Source of the DNA: Gammaproteobacteria bacterium GWE2_42_36
GTDB lineage: Bacteria; Pseudomonadota; Gammaproteobacteria; UBA12402
NCBI GenBank assembly: GCA_001801305.1
Contig: MGXH01000002.1
Coordinates: forward strand, 3,054-67,053
Reading direction: 5' to 3'
DNA length: 64,000 nt
Notes under the pieces: generated by a model
What the model was told of the DNA's origin: nothing
The model's input: only the letters and a program-made list of their open reading frames with translations
Database searches by the model: none
Shown: positions 51,151 to 61,028 of the stretch, in pieces
How positions within the stretch are numbered: the first letter of the stretch is position 1
How the letters are laid out: the number at the start of each line of letters is the position of its first letter
Position numbers and translations under genes: made by a program

Positions 51151-51429
51151 ATGAACAAAGGCGAAATGATTAAAGCAATAGCGGATGCAGCTGATTTGTC
51201 TTTAAATAAAACGGGCGAAATACTTGATACGATGCTTGAGACAATCGTCAAGACTTTAGCAAAAGATGAAGAAGTTACTTTAATCGGTTTTGGTACGTTT
51301 AAACTATCTAAAAGATCTGCTCGAAAAGGTCGTAATCCGCTAACTGGAGAGACCATTCAAATCGCCGCCAAAAAATTACCTGTTTTTAAAGCCGGTAAGA
51401 AATTTAAAGACGCTGTCGATAAAAAATAA
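51151..51429 (+). CDS. hupB: DNA-binding protein HU
   Basis: MNKGEMI, GFGTF, ARKGRNP.TGE, PVFKAGK; downstream of lon. Confidence 0.95.
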   Translation: MNKGEMIKAIADAADLSLNKTGEILDTMLETIVKTLAKDEEVTLIGFGTFKLSKRSARKGRNPLTGETIQIAAKKLPVFKAGKKFKDAVDKK

Positions 51430-51476
51430 CGTTGCATTATTTGTAAAATAACGTAAACTCTTCGCCTTGTGCAATG

Positions 51477-51551
51477 GGGTGCTTAGCTCAGTGGTAGAGC
51501 ATCGCCCTTACAAGGCGGGGGTCGTGGGTTCAAGCCCCTCAGCACCCACCA
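51477..51551 (+). tRNA. tRNA-Val (TAC)
   Basis: GGGTGCT/AGCACCC acceptor stem, loop CTTACAA, GTTCAA, CCA. Confidence 0.97.
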
Positions 51552-51569
51552 GAGCATGTTTGATTTTTT

Positions 51570-51646
51570 GGAGTGGTAGTTCAGTTGGTTAGAATACCGG
51601 CCTGTCACGTCGGGGGTCGCGGGTTCAAGTCCCGTCCACTCCGCCA
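51570..51646 (+). tRNA. tRNA-Asp (GTC)
   Basis: GGAGTGG/CCACTCC acceptor stem, loop CTGTCAC, GTTCAA, CCA. Confidence 0.97.
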
Positions 51647-51671
51647 GCATTTGGAAGGATAAGCAAAAACC

Positions 51672-53612
51672 ATGTTGCAATTTATTCGAGAAAAATCTCA
51701 AGGATGGATTGCGTCGGTTATTGTAATTGGTGTTTGCATTCCTTTCATTTTGTGGGGCGTTAAAAGTTATTTGTATGGTCAATCCAATGAAGCGCTTGTA
51801 GCCACAGTCAATGGCAACAAAATAACACAGCGCGATTTCTTATTTTTTTACAATCAATATAAACAACAGCAACGAATGGATCAGCCGGATAGCGAAATGG
51901 CGGTCAACACAACAGCACTCAAAGAAGCCGCTTTGCAATCGATGATTTCCAATCTTACGTTAACGCAAGATGCGACAGGCCATGGTTTTGTGGCTGCACC
52001 CGAATTAATTGATGCGACGCTTGCAAAAATACCTATTTTTCAAGTTAATGGTGTTTTTTCCAGTATTCGCTTTGAGGAAATATTAAGTCGTATGCTCTAT
52101 ACCCCAGAGACTTTTTTCCAACAATTGAGCAATAAAATTTTAGTTAATCAAGTAAAAAGCGGATTTGTAGATACCGCTTTTGTGTTGCCCAGTGAAATTA
52201 ATCGTTCGATCGCTTTAGTTAATCAATGGCGTGATTTCGATTATCTCATCGTCCCAAAAAATCGCTTTTTATCAAAAGTAACGGTGTCGAATCAAGCAAT
52301 AAAGGATTACTATGGACAGCATCCAGAAGCCTTTAAAACCATTGAAAAAGCGAGTTTTGATTATATTCGATTATCGCTGAATGACCTGGTTCAATCGATA
52401 CAACCTACACCTGCTCAGCTACAAGATTTTTATCAGACCAATATAACGGCTTATACTGTGCCTCGCCAATGGCAAGTTCAATATATTAGTTTGCCGATTC
52501 CGATGCAGGAGACGCCAAAACAATTAGCAGCAGTAGATCAATCGATTAAAACGATTACGCAACAAATTAAAACAGGTGTCGATTTCGTTAAGCTAATTCA
52601 ACAATATTCGGATGATAAAAGCACGGCCGTCAATGAAAAACAATTAGCTTGGATAAATGCAGGACAAGTGACGGATATCGTTCGTGATGCTTTGATGAAA
52701 ATGAAAGTGGGTGATATTTCTATGCCCATCCGTACATCACAAGGGTACCAAATTTTAAAAGTCGTTAATGTGAAACCGGAAAAGGTTATGCCTTTTAGCC
52801 AAGTCAAAGATAAAATCATGCTCGCCTATCGTCAACAAAAAGCAGAACAAACCTTTGCCAACTTAAATGATAAATTAGCCAATTTAACTTACGAAACGCC
52901 GAATTCTTTAACATCCGCAGCAACGACATTAAACCTCAAAGTTCAAACAACAGATTTATTGACGCGACAAGGCGGTAACGATTCTTTCACAAAAGACGCC
53001 CGTATTTTACAGGCTGCTTTTAGCGATGATGTGATCATCCAACACAATAACAGCGCGCCTATTAACTTAGATGAGAATACAGTCGTTGTGCTTCGTCTAC
53101 ATCAATACGAACCAGCACAAATCAAACCGTTTGATCAAGTCAAGGCAGACATTACTCGATTGTTACAAGATCAAGCAGCGAAAGCGCAAGCTGAAAGTGC
53201 AGGACAACAAATACTGGTTAATTTAAAAATAGGGACATTGCCTAAAACGGATGCTTCTGGATTCCCGTTATCATGGCAATCCAAACGGAATATTAAATCT
53301 AGAGATAAAACGGTTCCCTCTGAGATTTTGATGGTGGCATTTCGTATGGCCAGGCCGAGTAAAGTGCCGACGCAGAAAGGGTTATCACTCGCTTCAGGCG
53401 ATTATGCCATTATTCGATTAAACCAAGTTCAAACTATTTTACCAGGGACAGTTGATCACCCCAAACAACAAGCTTTTACGGAAAGCATGTCCAATGGGTA
53501 CGGTAATTTAGATTATAATTTTTATGCAGAAGGCCTTTCGAATAAAGCCAAAGTGAAACGCTATGCCTCTCTTGATGCAACGCAATCAGATCCATCGAAC
53601 GATGGCGCGTAA
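51672..53612 (+). CDS. ppiD: Periplasmic chaperone PpiD (SurA-N + parvulin)
   Basis: MLQFIREK + TM anchor, VATVNG..IT, parvulin-like GDISMPIRTSQGYQILKV; conserved position after hupB and the tRNAs. Confidence 0.9.
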   Translation: MLQFIREKSQGWIASVIVIGVCIPFILWGVKSYLYGQSNEALVATVNGNKITQRDFLFFYNQYKQQQRMDQPDSEMAVNTTALKEAALQSMISNLTLTQDATGHGFVAAPELIDATLAKIPIFQVNGVFSSIRFEEILSRMLYTPETFFQQLSNKILVNQVKSGFVDTAFVLPSEINRSIALVNQWRDFDYLIVPKNRFLSKVTVSNQAIKDYYGQHPEAFKTIEKASFDYIRLSLNDLVQSIQPTPAQLQDFYQTNITAYTVPRQWQVQYISLPIPMQETPKQLAAVDQSIKTITQQIKTGVDFVKLIQQYSDDKSTAVNEKQLAWINAGQVTDIVRDALMKMKVGDISMPIRTSQGYQILKVVNVKPEKVMPFSQVKDKIMLAYRQQKAEQTFANLNDKLANLTYETPNSLTSAATTLNLKVQTTDLLTRQGGNDSFTKDARILQAAFSDDVIIQHNNSAPINLDENTVVVLRLHQYEPAQIKPFDQVKADITRLLQDQAAKAQAESAGQQILVNLKIGTLPKTDASGFPLSWQSKRNIKSRDKTVPSEILMVAFRMARPSKVPTQKGLSLASGDYAIIRLNQVQTILPGTVDHPKQQAFTESMSNGYGNLDYNFYAEGLSNKAKVKRYASLDATQSDPSNDGA

Positions 53613-54334
53613 TGTGGTCGGCTTTACAACTCCGCTATGATGCGCTTCGTTTATCGGCTAATCGTACTGGCATTACAGACTCGGCAATCCAAGCCGTTAA
53701 AACAAGATTTTTCACCCAAAAGAATAATTGCTGGATTGCTGATGAAGGTTTTTGGAAACCGACGGGTATTGTACTGGGTTATCCATTCCCCGATTTTTTA
53801 ATTCAACATTTTTTAACGATTCGTCATCAAATACTTGAGATGCTGAATCTTTCTTCGACTGAGTATTGGCTTCAACAAGCGGAACATTTTCACACGACGA
53901 TCCAATCGTATTCGCATTATACGGAAAGAGGATTTAACCCCCGCATTATATTTCCGGGCGATGAATTGCCAAAAGCACAGCAAATTATGACTGCATTCAG
54001 CCCCATCACCCTTATTTATCAAGGAATACTGATTACGGCCGATGGCTCGATATTGGCTACCGGTTTTTTAGAAAATAACGATCTTTTTTCATTGCGAGAA
54101 CAATTAAAAAAAACAATCTTAGGCATTACGCAAAGAGATTTTAATATTGCGCACTGTAAAATAGGGCAACTACTGATCCCTTTATCGTCTGAAAAAGTGA
54201 CGGCGATCAACGACGCCTTTTCCTCACTACCGATTGGGAAATGTGTTTTTCAGTTTGCAACGGCTTGTCGAGGCGAAAAACTATATTTTGCATCGACAAA
54301 TACAAAAAGTTCCGATACATTTTCATTGTCATAA
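53612..54334 (+). CDS. Hypothetical protein, probable 2H-phosphoesterase fold
   Basis: FHTTI and AHCKIG motifs about 88 aa apart; start overlaps the ppiD stop (TAATG). Confidence 0.55.
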   Translation: MWSALQLRYDALRLSANRTGITDSAIQAVKTRFFTQKNNCWIADEGFWKPTGIVLGYPFPDFLIQHFLTIRHQILEMLNLSSTEYWLQQAEHFHTTIQSYSHYTERGFNPRIIFPGDELPKAQQIMTAFSPITLIYQGILITADGSILATGFLENNDLFSLREQLKKTILGITQRDFNIAHCKIGQLLIPLSSEKVTAINDAFSSLPIGKCVFQFATACRGEKLYFASTNTKSSDTFSLS

Positions 54335-54353
54335 ATCATCATAAGGATTCATT

Positions 54354-55571
54354 ATGAAAAAATATAATCCCGAAGAAGCGATTGTCGAAGTGCGTCGAGA
54401 ATTCGGTGAACATGGCGGCGTGACGCCTTCCATTGAACGCTCGTCGACTTTTACCGTATTAGATCCTGCCGTCATGACCCAAATTTTCCAGGGTGAAAAA
54501 TCGCCAGAAGAGGGCGATTATTTTCTTTATAGTCGCAATTTTAATCCGACCGTTAATGTGTTATGTCGTTATTTAGCGGCAATGGAAGGATCTGAAAGTG
54601 CTATCGCGACAGCCAGCGGTATTTCAGCGATTGCTTGCGCTTTATTGCAATTGTGTCGCCAAGGCGATCACATCATCGCCAGTCATCAAATTTACGGAGG
54701 CACCCATGCCTTGCTAGAAAAAATTTTTCCGGCGATGGGTATTCGAGTCACTTTTGTCCATCCGACTGATTTGTCTTCTATTAAGGCTGCCATAACGCCC
54801 CAAACTAAAGTGATTTACACCGAAACTATGGGGAACCCTATCCTCACCATCGCTAATATTCCAGCGTTGGCAGAAATTGCTCATCAACATCAGATTCAGT
54901 TGGTCGTTGATAACACATTTACGCCCCTGCTTGTTTCTCCGCTGATACTAGGTGCTGATATCGTTGTTCATTCCATGACGAAATTCATCAATGGGGCCAG
55001 CGATATCGTTGCCGGGGCCATCTGTGCATCGAAAGATTTTATTTACCAGTTGATGGATTTGCATCAAGGGCGATTGATGCTTTTGGGGCCGACGATTGAT
55101 CCACGCGTGGCTTTTGATGTTATTCAACGATTGCCTCATTTAGGACTGCGTATGCGAGAGCATGGCGTTCGCGCTATGGCGATTGCAGAGCGGCTGCAAA
55201 CATTGGGAGTGAAAGTGCGATATCCAGGATTGCCTTCTCATCCGGAACATACTGTGCTGAAATCGATGTTAAATGAGGGTTACGGTTTTGGCGGGATGCT
55301 AACGATCGATTGTGAAACACGTGCAAAGGCGGAAAAGTTGCTATCTATTTTGCAAAACGAAGAAAGATTTGGATTGATTGCTGTATCGCTGGGATATTTT
55401 GATACCTTGATGAGCTGTTCCGGTTCATCAACCTCTTCAGAAATTTCCAACGAAGAGCAAAACCAAATGGGATTGTCTCCCGGACTAATTCGATTAGCGA
55501 TCGGTTACACAGGGAGTTTAGAAGTTCGTTTAGATCAAATAACACGAGCGGTGAAAAAAGTTTTCACTTAA
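54354..55571 (+). CDS. Methionine gamma-lyase-like PLP enzyme (Cys/Met metabolism family)
   Basis: EFGEHGGV.PSI..S.TF, YSRNFNP, VDNTF, VHSMTKFING (PLP lysine), AVSLG. Confidence 0.85.
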   Translation: MKKYNPEEAIVEVRREFGEHGGVTPSIERSSTFTVLDPAVMTQIFQGEKSPEEGDYFLYSRNFNPTVNVLCRYLAAMEGSESAIATASGISAIACALLQLCRQGDHIIASHQIYGGTHALLEKIFPAMGIRVTFVHPTDLSSIKAAITPQTKVIYTETMGNPILTIANIPALAEIAHQHQIQLVVDNTFTPLLVSPLILGADIVVHSMTKFINGASDIVAGAICASKDFIYQLMDLHQGRLMLLGPTIDPRVAFDVIQRLPHLGLRMREHGVRAMAIAERLQTLGVKVRYPGLPSHPEHTVLKSMLNEGYGFGGMLTIDCETRAKAEKLLSILQNEERFGLIAVSLGYFDTLMSCSGSSTSSEISNEEQNQMGLSPGLIRLAIGYTGSLEVRLDQITRAVKKVFT

Positions 55572-55639
55572 GATGAGATGCCTAGAGTGATAGGTACCAT
55601 TGTCATTAGGGGCTTTACATCAAGGAAAGAGTAGGTCCG

Positions 55640-56779
55640 ATGAATGCCAGAGATATTTTACTAGACATTTTTAAAGTGGCCTTGAGTGCGGTTCATGGAA
55701 GAACGTGTGTTCGATCTTATTTGGCCACTCACAGCCTTGAACCCATATCGCAGCCTATTTATTTAATTGCTATAGGGAAAGCCGCTGTTGCGATGTCGTT
55801 AGGCGCTGTTGATTTTTTTGGAAAACAAATTGTTGATGGCTTGATCATTACAAAAAGACAGCATGATCTTGATGCGCCGTTTTTTTGCATTGACGCCTCT
55901 CATCCTATTCCAGATGAAAGTAGTTTGTTAGCGGGAAAAAGGCTACTTGATTTTATTCAGCGTATTCCGCCCTCAAGTCAGATTTTGTTTTTATTGTCGG
56001 GCGGCGCGTCGGCATTAGTCGAAGTTTTACCTAAGTCTATTGATTTAAAAAAACTACAGGCACTGCATACTTATTTAGTGACTTCTGGATTATCAACTAA
56101 ACAAATGAGCGAAATGCGTGCGCAATATTCTGAAATTAAAGGCGGAAAGTTAGTGCGCTATTTGGAAAAATATAATACTTTGCAACTCATTATTTCTGAT
56201 GTTCCATCCAATTGTCCTGAAGAGGTAGGTTCGGGATTGTTATTTCCTTCCGACGAGCAAATTGAAACAGCGGTGATTGCCACGCTGGTGCAGGCTAAGC
56301 ATGCTGCAGCAACTTATGCGTGTCAGTTGGGTTTTGATGTTGATATTGAAGATCGTTATCTAACAGGGGAGGCGACAATCATTGGAAAGAATCTCGCGCA
56401 ATTATTACTTACCGGAAAACCACGCTTGATTATTCGAGGTGGAGAGCCTAGCGTTAAATTACCGGATCAGCCAAAAAAAGGGGGACGTAATAAACATTTG
56501 GCTTTAAGCGCGGCTCAAGTTTTAAAGGGACAATGTGGGGTTTATTTATTATCTTGCGGAACCGATGGAACTGATGGGCCTTGTGATGATACGGGCGCTT
56601 TGGTCGATGGGCATACGATAAGCCGTGGGCAGTCTGCGGGATTTGATCCATCCATGTGTTTGCAAGAAGCCAATGCCGCAGATTTCTTGAGAGCCAGTGG
56701 GGATTTGGTTTTTACGGGGCCTACCGGCACGAATGTCATGGATTTAATTTTGGGGTTGAAAATAAATGATTCGCTGTAA
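55640..56779 (+). CDS. Glycerate kinase type 2 (MOFRL/TtuD family)
   Basis: IGKAA..M, SHPIPD, LSGGASAL, IKGG, GGRN, GTDGTDG, TGPTGTNVMD. Confidence 0.9.
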   Translation: MNARDILLDIFKVALSAVHGRTCVRSYLATHSLEPISQPIYLIAIGKAAVAMSLGAVDFFGKQIVDGLIITKRQHDLDAPFFCIDASHPIPDESSLLAGKRLLDFIQRIPPSSQILFLLSGGASALVEVLPKSIDLKKLQALHTYLVTSGLSTKQMSEMRAQYSEIKGGKLVRYLEKYNTLQLIISDVPSNCPEEVGSGLLFPSDEQIETAVIATLVQAKHAAATYACQLGFDVDIEDRYLTGEATIIGKNLAQLLLTGKPRLIIRGGEPSVKLPDQPKKGGRNKHLALSAAQVLKGQCGVYLLSCGTDGTDGPCDDTGALVDGHTISRGQSAGFDPSMCLQEANAADFLRASGDLVFTGPTGTNVMDLILGLKINDSL

Positions 56780-57371
56780 ACAGAAACGTCCTTCAGCTGA
56801 CAAAACAAGACATACTATTTTGCAAGTTGCTACACGATTGTTTGCAAAGCATGGTTTTGCCGGTACCTCTATGCGAGATATTGCACAAACTGCTCAAGTA
56901 AGTCTTAATCTTATTACGCATCATTATGAAAGTAAGAAAAATTTATGGAAACAAGTGCGGCTCAACATGGCGAATAAATTTGAGCATTTTTGTGGGGCGA
57001 AAACCAGGCAAGAACCCAGCGATCTTAAGATGTTTTTGGAACGAGCCGTCAGCAATCTTTTTGGTTTTTGGCAAAAACATCCAGAAGCATTGCGAATTCT
57101 TAATTGGCAACGCTTAGAAGCAAAGCAAAAATCTCTCATGATTACTTCAGGCAGTTATTCATTGCATCTTCAAGAGGTTATAGGGGCACTACAAACAAGA
57201 GGACAAGTGCGTCAAGATGTGGATGCAGATATTATTTTGCTATTAATTTTCAGCACGATCCATGGGGCGCTCGAAGAATCGAGTGTCGTCTTTCAAGAAA
57301 ACAAGGCGCACAAGCAAAAAACATACCTTCAGTTGGCCGCAGACAGTTTGTATAAAGCCCTCAAAACTTAA
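56766..57371 (+). CDS. TetR/AcrR family transcriptional regulator
   Basis: ILQVATRLFAKHGFAGTSMRDIAQTAQVS..LITHHYESK helix-turn-helix. Confidence 0.92.
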   Translation: MIRCKQKRPSADKTRHTILQVATRLFAKHGFAGTSMRDIAQTAQVSLNLITHHYESKKNLWKQVRLNMANKFEHFCGAKTRQEPSDLKMFLERAVSNLFGFWQKHPEALRILNWQRLEAKQKSLMITSGSYSLHLQEVIGALQTRGQVRQDVDADIILLLIFSTIHGALEESSVVFQENKAHKQKTYLQLAADSLYKALKT

Positions 57372-57477
57372 ACAACACGTCAATGCTTGCGCCTGCTTAT
57401 CTTTTTGTCTGGCTTGACGAGAAATCATCCAAAATCTGAACATTATTGGCTTATTATGATCGTATGAATGGAGATAG

Positions 57478-57521
57478 ATTCTAATAAATAATTGTACATA
57501 CGTTCAATTATTTATTAGAAT
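57478..57521. promoter_or_regulatory. 17-bp perfect inverted repeat overlapping a putative promoter (candidate TetR operator)
   Basis: ATTCTAATAAATAATTG-TACATACGTT-CAATTATTTATTAGAAT; contains TTGTAC-N18-TAGAAT. Confidence 0.7.
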
Positions 57522-57630
57522 ACCGCTGTATTCGATAATCATACAAAGAGAATGTGATGGGAACGATTCGGGGAGGCGAACACACTAACTTGCGAAAAGC
57601 GCAACTGCAGGCGCATTATTTTTATCATTA

Positions 57631-58422
57631 ATGGCACTTTGCTCAAAGCTAGCGCTACCACATTCCAGTGAACCAGTCCTTACCTTTTTTCGTTTTTCTA
57701 TAGCAGCGCTATATATTTTCGCCATGCTATTGATGCGGCACTTGCGTGGTTGCCCCATATCTCTTAAAACACAACATCTTGGGATGCATATCATGCGTGC
57801 CATTGCTTCGACCGGTGCCATGTACTCACTTTATTATGCCTTGCGTTACATTCCACTTGTCAATGCCAATTTATTGTCATTAACTTACCCTTTGTTTGCC
57901 TTGGTGTTAATCGCTATCTTTTTTAAAGAAAAACCCCGTTTATTCAGCTGGCTTGCCATGATGGTTGGATTCATGGGCATTATTTTTGTACTCAAACCTA
58001 CACTTACATTATTCAATCTTGCGTCAGGGGTAGGCTTGTTTTCCGGACTATGTGCTGCCGTGAGTATTTTGGGTATTCGTGAATTGAGTCAACACGAACA
58101 TCCCTATACGATCCTATTTTACTATACATCGATTGCTCTTTTAATTAGTAGTGCACTGGTTGTTTTTTATTGGCAAACGCCTGATAATTTGACGTTACTT
58201 GCGTTGTTAGGTGTTGGTGTTTTTGGAGTGCTCTATCAAGAATTGTTAACGAGAGCCTTAATTTATGCGCCGGCCTATATTCCATCATCGTTTATGTATC
58301 TAAGCGTAGTATTTAGCGGTATCTTTGGTATGTTGATTTGGAGATACATACCCGATGGCTGGTCGTGGTTTGGCATAGGACTCGTTTGCTTGAGCAACAT
58401 TATTATCATTATTTTGAAATAG
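57631..58422 (+). CDS. DMT/EamA family transporter (5' end possibly frameshifted)
   Basis: Multiple TM helices, FFRF, LKT..LGMHIMR, P.F..L..FFKE, VLKP. Confidence 0.85.
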   Translation: MALCSKLALPHSSEPVLTFFRFSIAALYIFAMLLMRHLRGCPISLKTQHLGMHIMRAIASTGAMYSLYYALRYIPLVNANLLSLTYPLFALVLIAIFFKEKPRLFSWLAMMVGFMGIIFVLKPTLTLFNLASGVGLFSGLCAAVSILGIRELSQHEHPYTILFYYTSIALLISSALVVFYWQTPDNLTLLALLGVGVFGVLYQELLTRALIYAPAYIPSSFMYLSVVFSGIFGMLIWRYIPDGWSWFGIGLVCLSNIIIIILK

Positions 58423-58455
58423 CGTGTTTTTATTAAAAAAGAGAAATTTTTTTTC

Positions 58456-59388
58456 ATGTTGAAATTTTTACATAAAAACCTACAAGGTTTTTTCTTGAGA
58501 CTATCAATCAAAAAATATCATATATCTCGATGGATGATGGTTTTTGTTTTTTTGATCCTTCTTGTTTTAGGTGTTTGGTATTGGTTATATAGTCAAAATT
58601 ATGTGACAACCGATGATGCTTATGTTAAAGCGAATGTTGTTCAAATCGCCCCACAAATTGGCGGAAAAGTGATCAATGTTGCTGTGGTTGATAACGCTTT
58701 TGTGCATCAAAACCAGCTGCTTTTCCAAATTGATCCTGCGCCTTTTTTAATTGAAGTAAATCGCGCTCAAGCGCAACTTGAAAAAGATTCGGCGACTTTA
58801 GAAAATGCAATGATTTCTACTACGCGAATTTTTACTTTAGCCAGAAAACATTTTTTATCTCAACAAGAACAAGATGATTTTGTCGAAAAACTAAAAAGTG
58901 CCAAAGCGATGGTTAAGCTGGATCAAGCCGATTTAAATCACGCGCAACTCAATTTGCAATATACGAATGTCACAGCGCCGACTGATGGATGGATCACGAA
59001 TCTATCATTAAGACCGGGTGATTCTGTGAATGTCGCCGAACCTGTTTTTGCATTAGTCAGCAATCGAGATTTTTGGGTTGAGGCCAATGTGAAAGAAACT
59101 GATTTCGAACATCTGAAAACTAACCAAAAAGCGACGATTATTTTAGATATGTACCCCGGGCATTCTTTTAATGGGGTAGTGGATAGCTTAAGTCGCGGGA
59201 GTGGCGAAGTATTTTCTTTGTTGCCGCCCGAAAATGCGACGGGCAATTGGGTGAAAGTCACACAACGTGTCCCCGTTAAAATTCGCTTTATCGACCCCGA
59301 TCCATCTTATCCATTACGTATTGGTGTCACGGCTTCTGTTAAGATTGACCTCCATTCAACGCGGACGTCAAATGAAAAGCCCCGCTGA
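58456..59388 (+). CDS. EmrA/HlyD family membrane fusion protein
   Basis: TDDAYV, APTDG, LLPPENATGNWVKVTQRVPV. Confidence 0.93.
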   Translation: MLKFLHKNLQGFFLRLSIKKYHISRWMMVFVFLILLVLGVWYWLYSQNYVTTDDAYVKANVVQIAPQIGGKVINVAVVDNAFVHQNQLLFQIDPAPFLIEVNRAQAQLEKDSATLENAMISTTRIFTLARKHFLSQQEQDDFVEKLKSAKAMVKLDQADLNHAQLNLQYTNVTAPTDGWITNLSLRPGDSVNVAEPVFALVSNRDFWVEANVKETDFEHLKTNQKATIILDMYPGHSFNGVVDSLSRGSGEVFSLLPPENATGNWVKVTQRVPVKIRFIDPDPSYPLRIGVTASVKIDLHSTRTSNEKPR

Positions 59389-60880
59389 GTATTCTAATAC
59401 GGAACGTTGGATAATTACATTAACCGTCATGTCGGCGGCTTTAATGCAGGTATTAGATACCACGATTGTGAATGTTGCCTTGCCACATATGCAAGGGTCA
59501 TTAGGTGCGACGTCGGATCAAATCACTTGGACTTTAACGGGTTATATGGTCGCATCAGGCATTATCATGCCACTGACCGGTTATTTTTCAGACCGCTTAG
59601 GGCGGAAAAATTATTTATTTATTAGCATTTTAGGATTTACCTTAACTTCTGCATTATGTGGTGCAGCCGGTTCACTAACCAGCATGGTTTTTTTTCGTCT
59701 TTTACAAGGCATGTTTGGCGCAGCGCTTGTTCCACTTTCCCAGGCTATTTTAGCGGATGTCTATCCTAAGGAAGAGCAGGGAAAAGCCATGGCAATTTGG
59801 GGTGTGGGTATCATGGCAGGTCCTATTTTGGGTCCGACGTTGGGGGGGTATTTGACGCAAATGGCGAGTTGGCGATGGACATTTTATATCAATATTCCTG
59901 TCGGCATCATGGCTATGATTCTCACAGCGCTGGTTGTTCCTGGTAATGTGAAACGAGAGCGCAAAATGGATTGGCTCGGGCTTTTTTACTTATCTTTATC
60001 AATAGCCTCTTTACAGTATTTTCTTGATCGCGGAGATTATCGAGATTGGTTTAATGCGTGGGATATTCGCATTGCAACGGCACTGGGATTTTTTGGTTTG
60101 ATCGGGTTTGTGGTTCATAATCTATTTAATTCACGACACATTGTTTTTAATATCCGAATTTTTTTAGATCGAAATTTTACACTCGCCAGTTTATTGCTTG
60201 CAGGAGTAGGATTAGGCTTATACGGAACGATGGTGATTCAGCCGATTTTGCTTCAGCATTTATTGAATTATCCTGTCTTTACCGCAGGGCTTGTGATGAT
60301 CCCTCGAGGAATTAGTAGCATGATTAGTATGATGCTAGTCGGGAAAATAATTACGCGGATTAACCCTCGAACACTCATTATTGCAGGCGTTTTAATCTGT
60401 ATTTTGGGAGTAAAATTGACTGTCTATTATTCGCTTAATATCAGTCCGATATGGATTATTTGGCCATCCGTCGTACAGGGATTTGGCTTGGGACTGATTT
60501 TTGTTCCACTTTCTGTCATAGCGTTTTCAACATTACCCGCTAATCTTCGCATGGATGCAACAGGGGTATTTAGCTTATTACGTACTATGGGTTCAACGAT
60601 TGGCATTTCAATTTGCATGACGGTGTATGTTCGCGGTATACAAAAAGCCTGGAATTTACTCAGTGGATTTGTTAATCCTTATAACGTATCGATGCCGTTT
60701 TATTTACACAAACTTCATGTCTCTTCATTTTACTCACCAAAAGCGGTGAGCGTTATTACGCTTGAGCTTGCTCGGCAGGCGCAAATGATAGCGATGGTGA
60801 ATGCGTTTTCATTTATTGAGTGGAGTTTTATACTCATGTTGCCATTGGTTTTTTTATTGCGTAATCCCACCCATCACTGA
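59372..60880 (+). CDS. EmrB-like DHA2 MFS efflux permease
   Basis: MQVLDTTIVNVALP, FRLLQG, GPILGPTLGG, WRWTFYINIPVG. Start at ATG 59372. Confidence 0.93.
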   Translation: MKSPAEYSNTERWIITLTVMSAALMQVLDTTIVNVALPHMQGSLGATSDQITWTLTGYMVASGIIMPLTGYFSDRLGRKNYLFISILGFTLTSALCGAAGSLTSMVFFRLLQGMFGAALVPLSQAILADVYPKEEQGKAMAIWGVGIMAGPILGPTLGGYLTQMASWRWTFYINIPVGIMAMILTALVVPGNVKRERKMDWLGLFYLSLSIASLQYFLDRGDYRDWFNAWDIRIATALGFFGLIGFVVHNLFNSRHIVFNIRIFLDRNFTLASLLLAGVGLGLYGTMVIQPILLQHLLNYPVFTAGLVMIPRGISSMISMMLVGKIITRINPRTLIIAGVLICILGVKLTVYYSLNISPIWIIWPSVVQGFGLGLIFVPLSVIAFSTLPANLRMDATGVFSLLRTMGSTIGISICMTVYVRGIQKAWNLLSGFVNPYNVSMPFYLHKLHVSSFYSPKAVSVITLELARQAQMIAMVNAFSFIEWSFILMLPLVFLLRNPTHH

Positions 60881-61028
60881 TTTTTTTATCCGAATAAATC
60901 AATTACGATGAAATAATTTTTTAGGTCAACCATTCGCGCTCAATTAAGCGGTATTTGTGGTTTGAATGTAAGATGAAACTGTGTTTATACTAGAATAGTT
61001 TTTACAAGAGAAATGAGTCATTTAAACG

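Noticed and set aside
44972..51646. tRNA genes as possible integration sites
   Set aside because: No integrase or duplicated tRNA 3' end was seen, and the flanking genes are the conserved tig and ppiD.
51483..51782. 99-aa minus-strand ORF (LAEWTGLEPAT...)
   Set aside because: It is the antisense translation of tRNA-Val/tRNA-Asp and the ppiD start.
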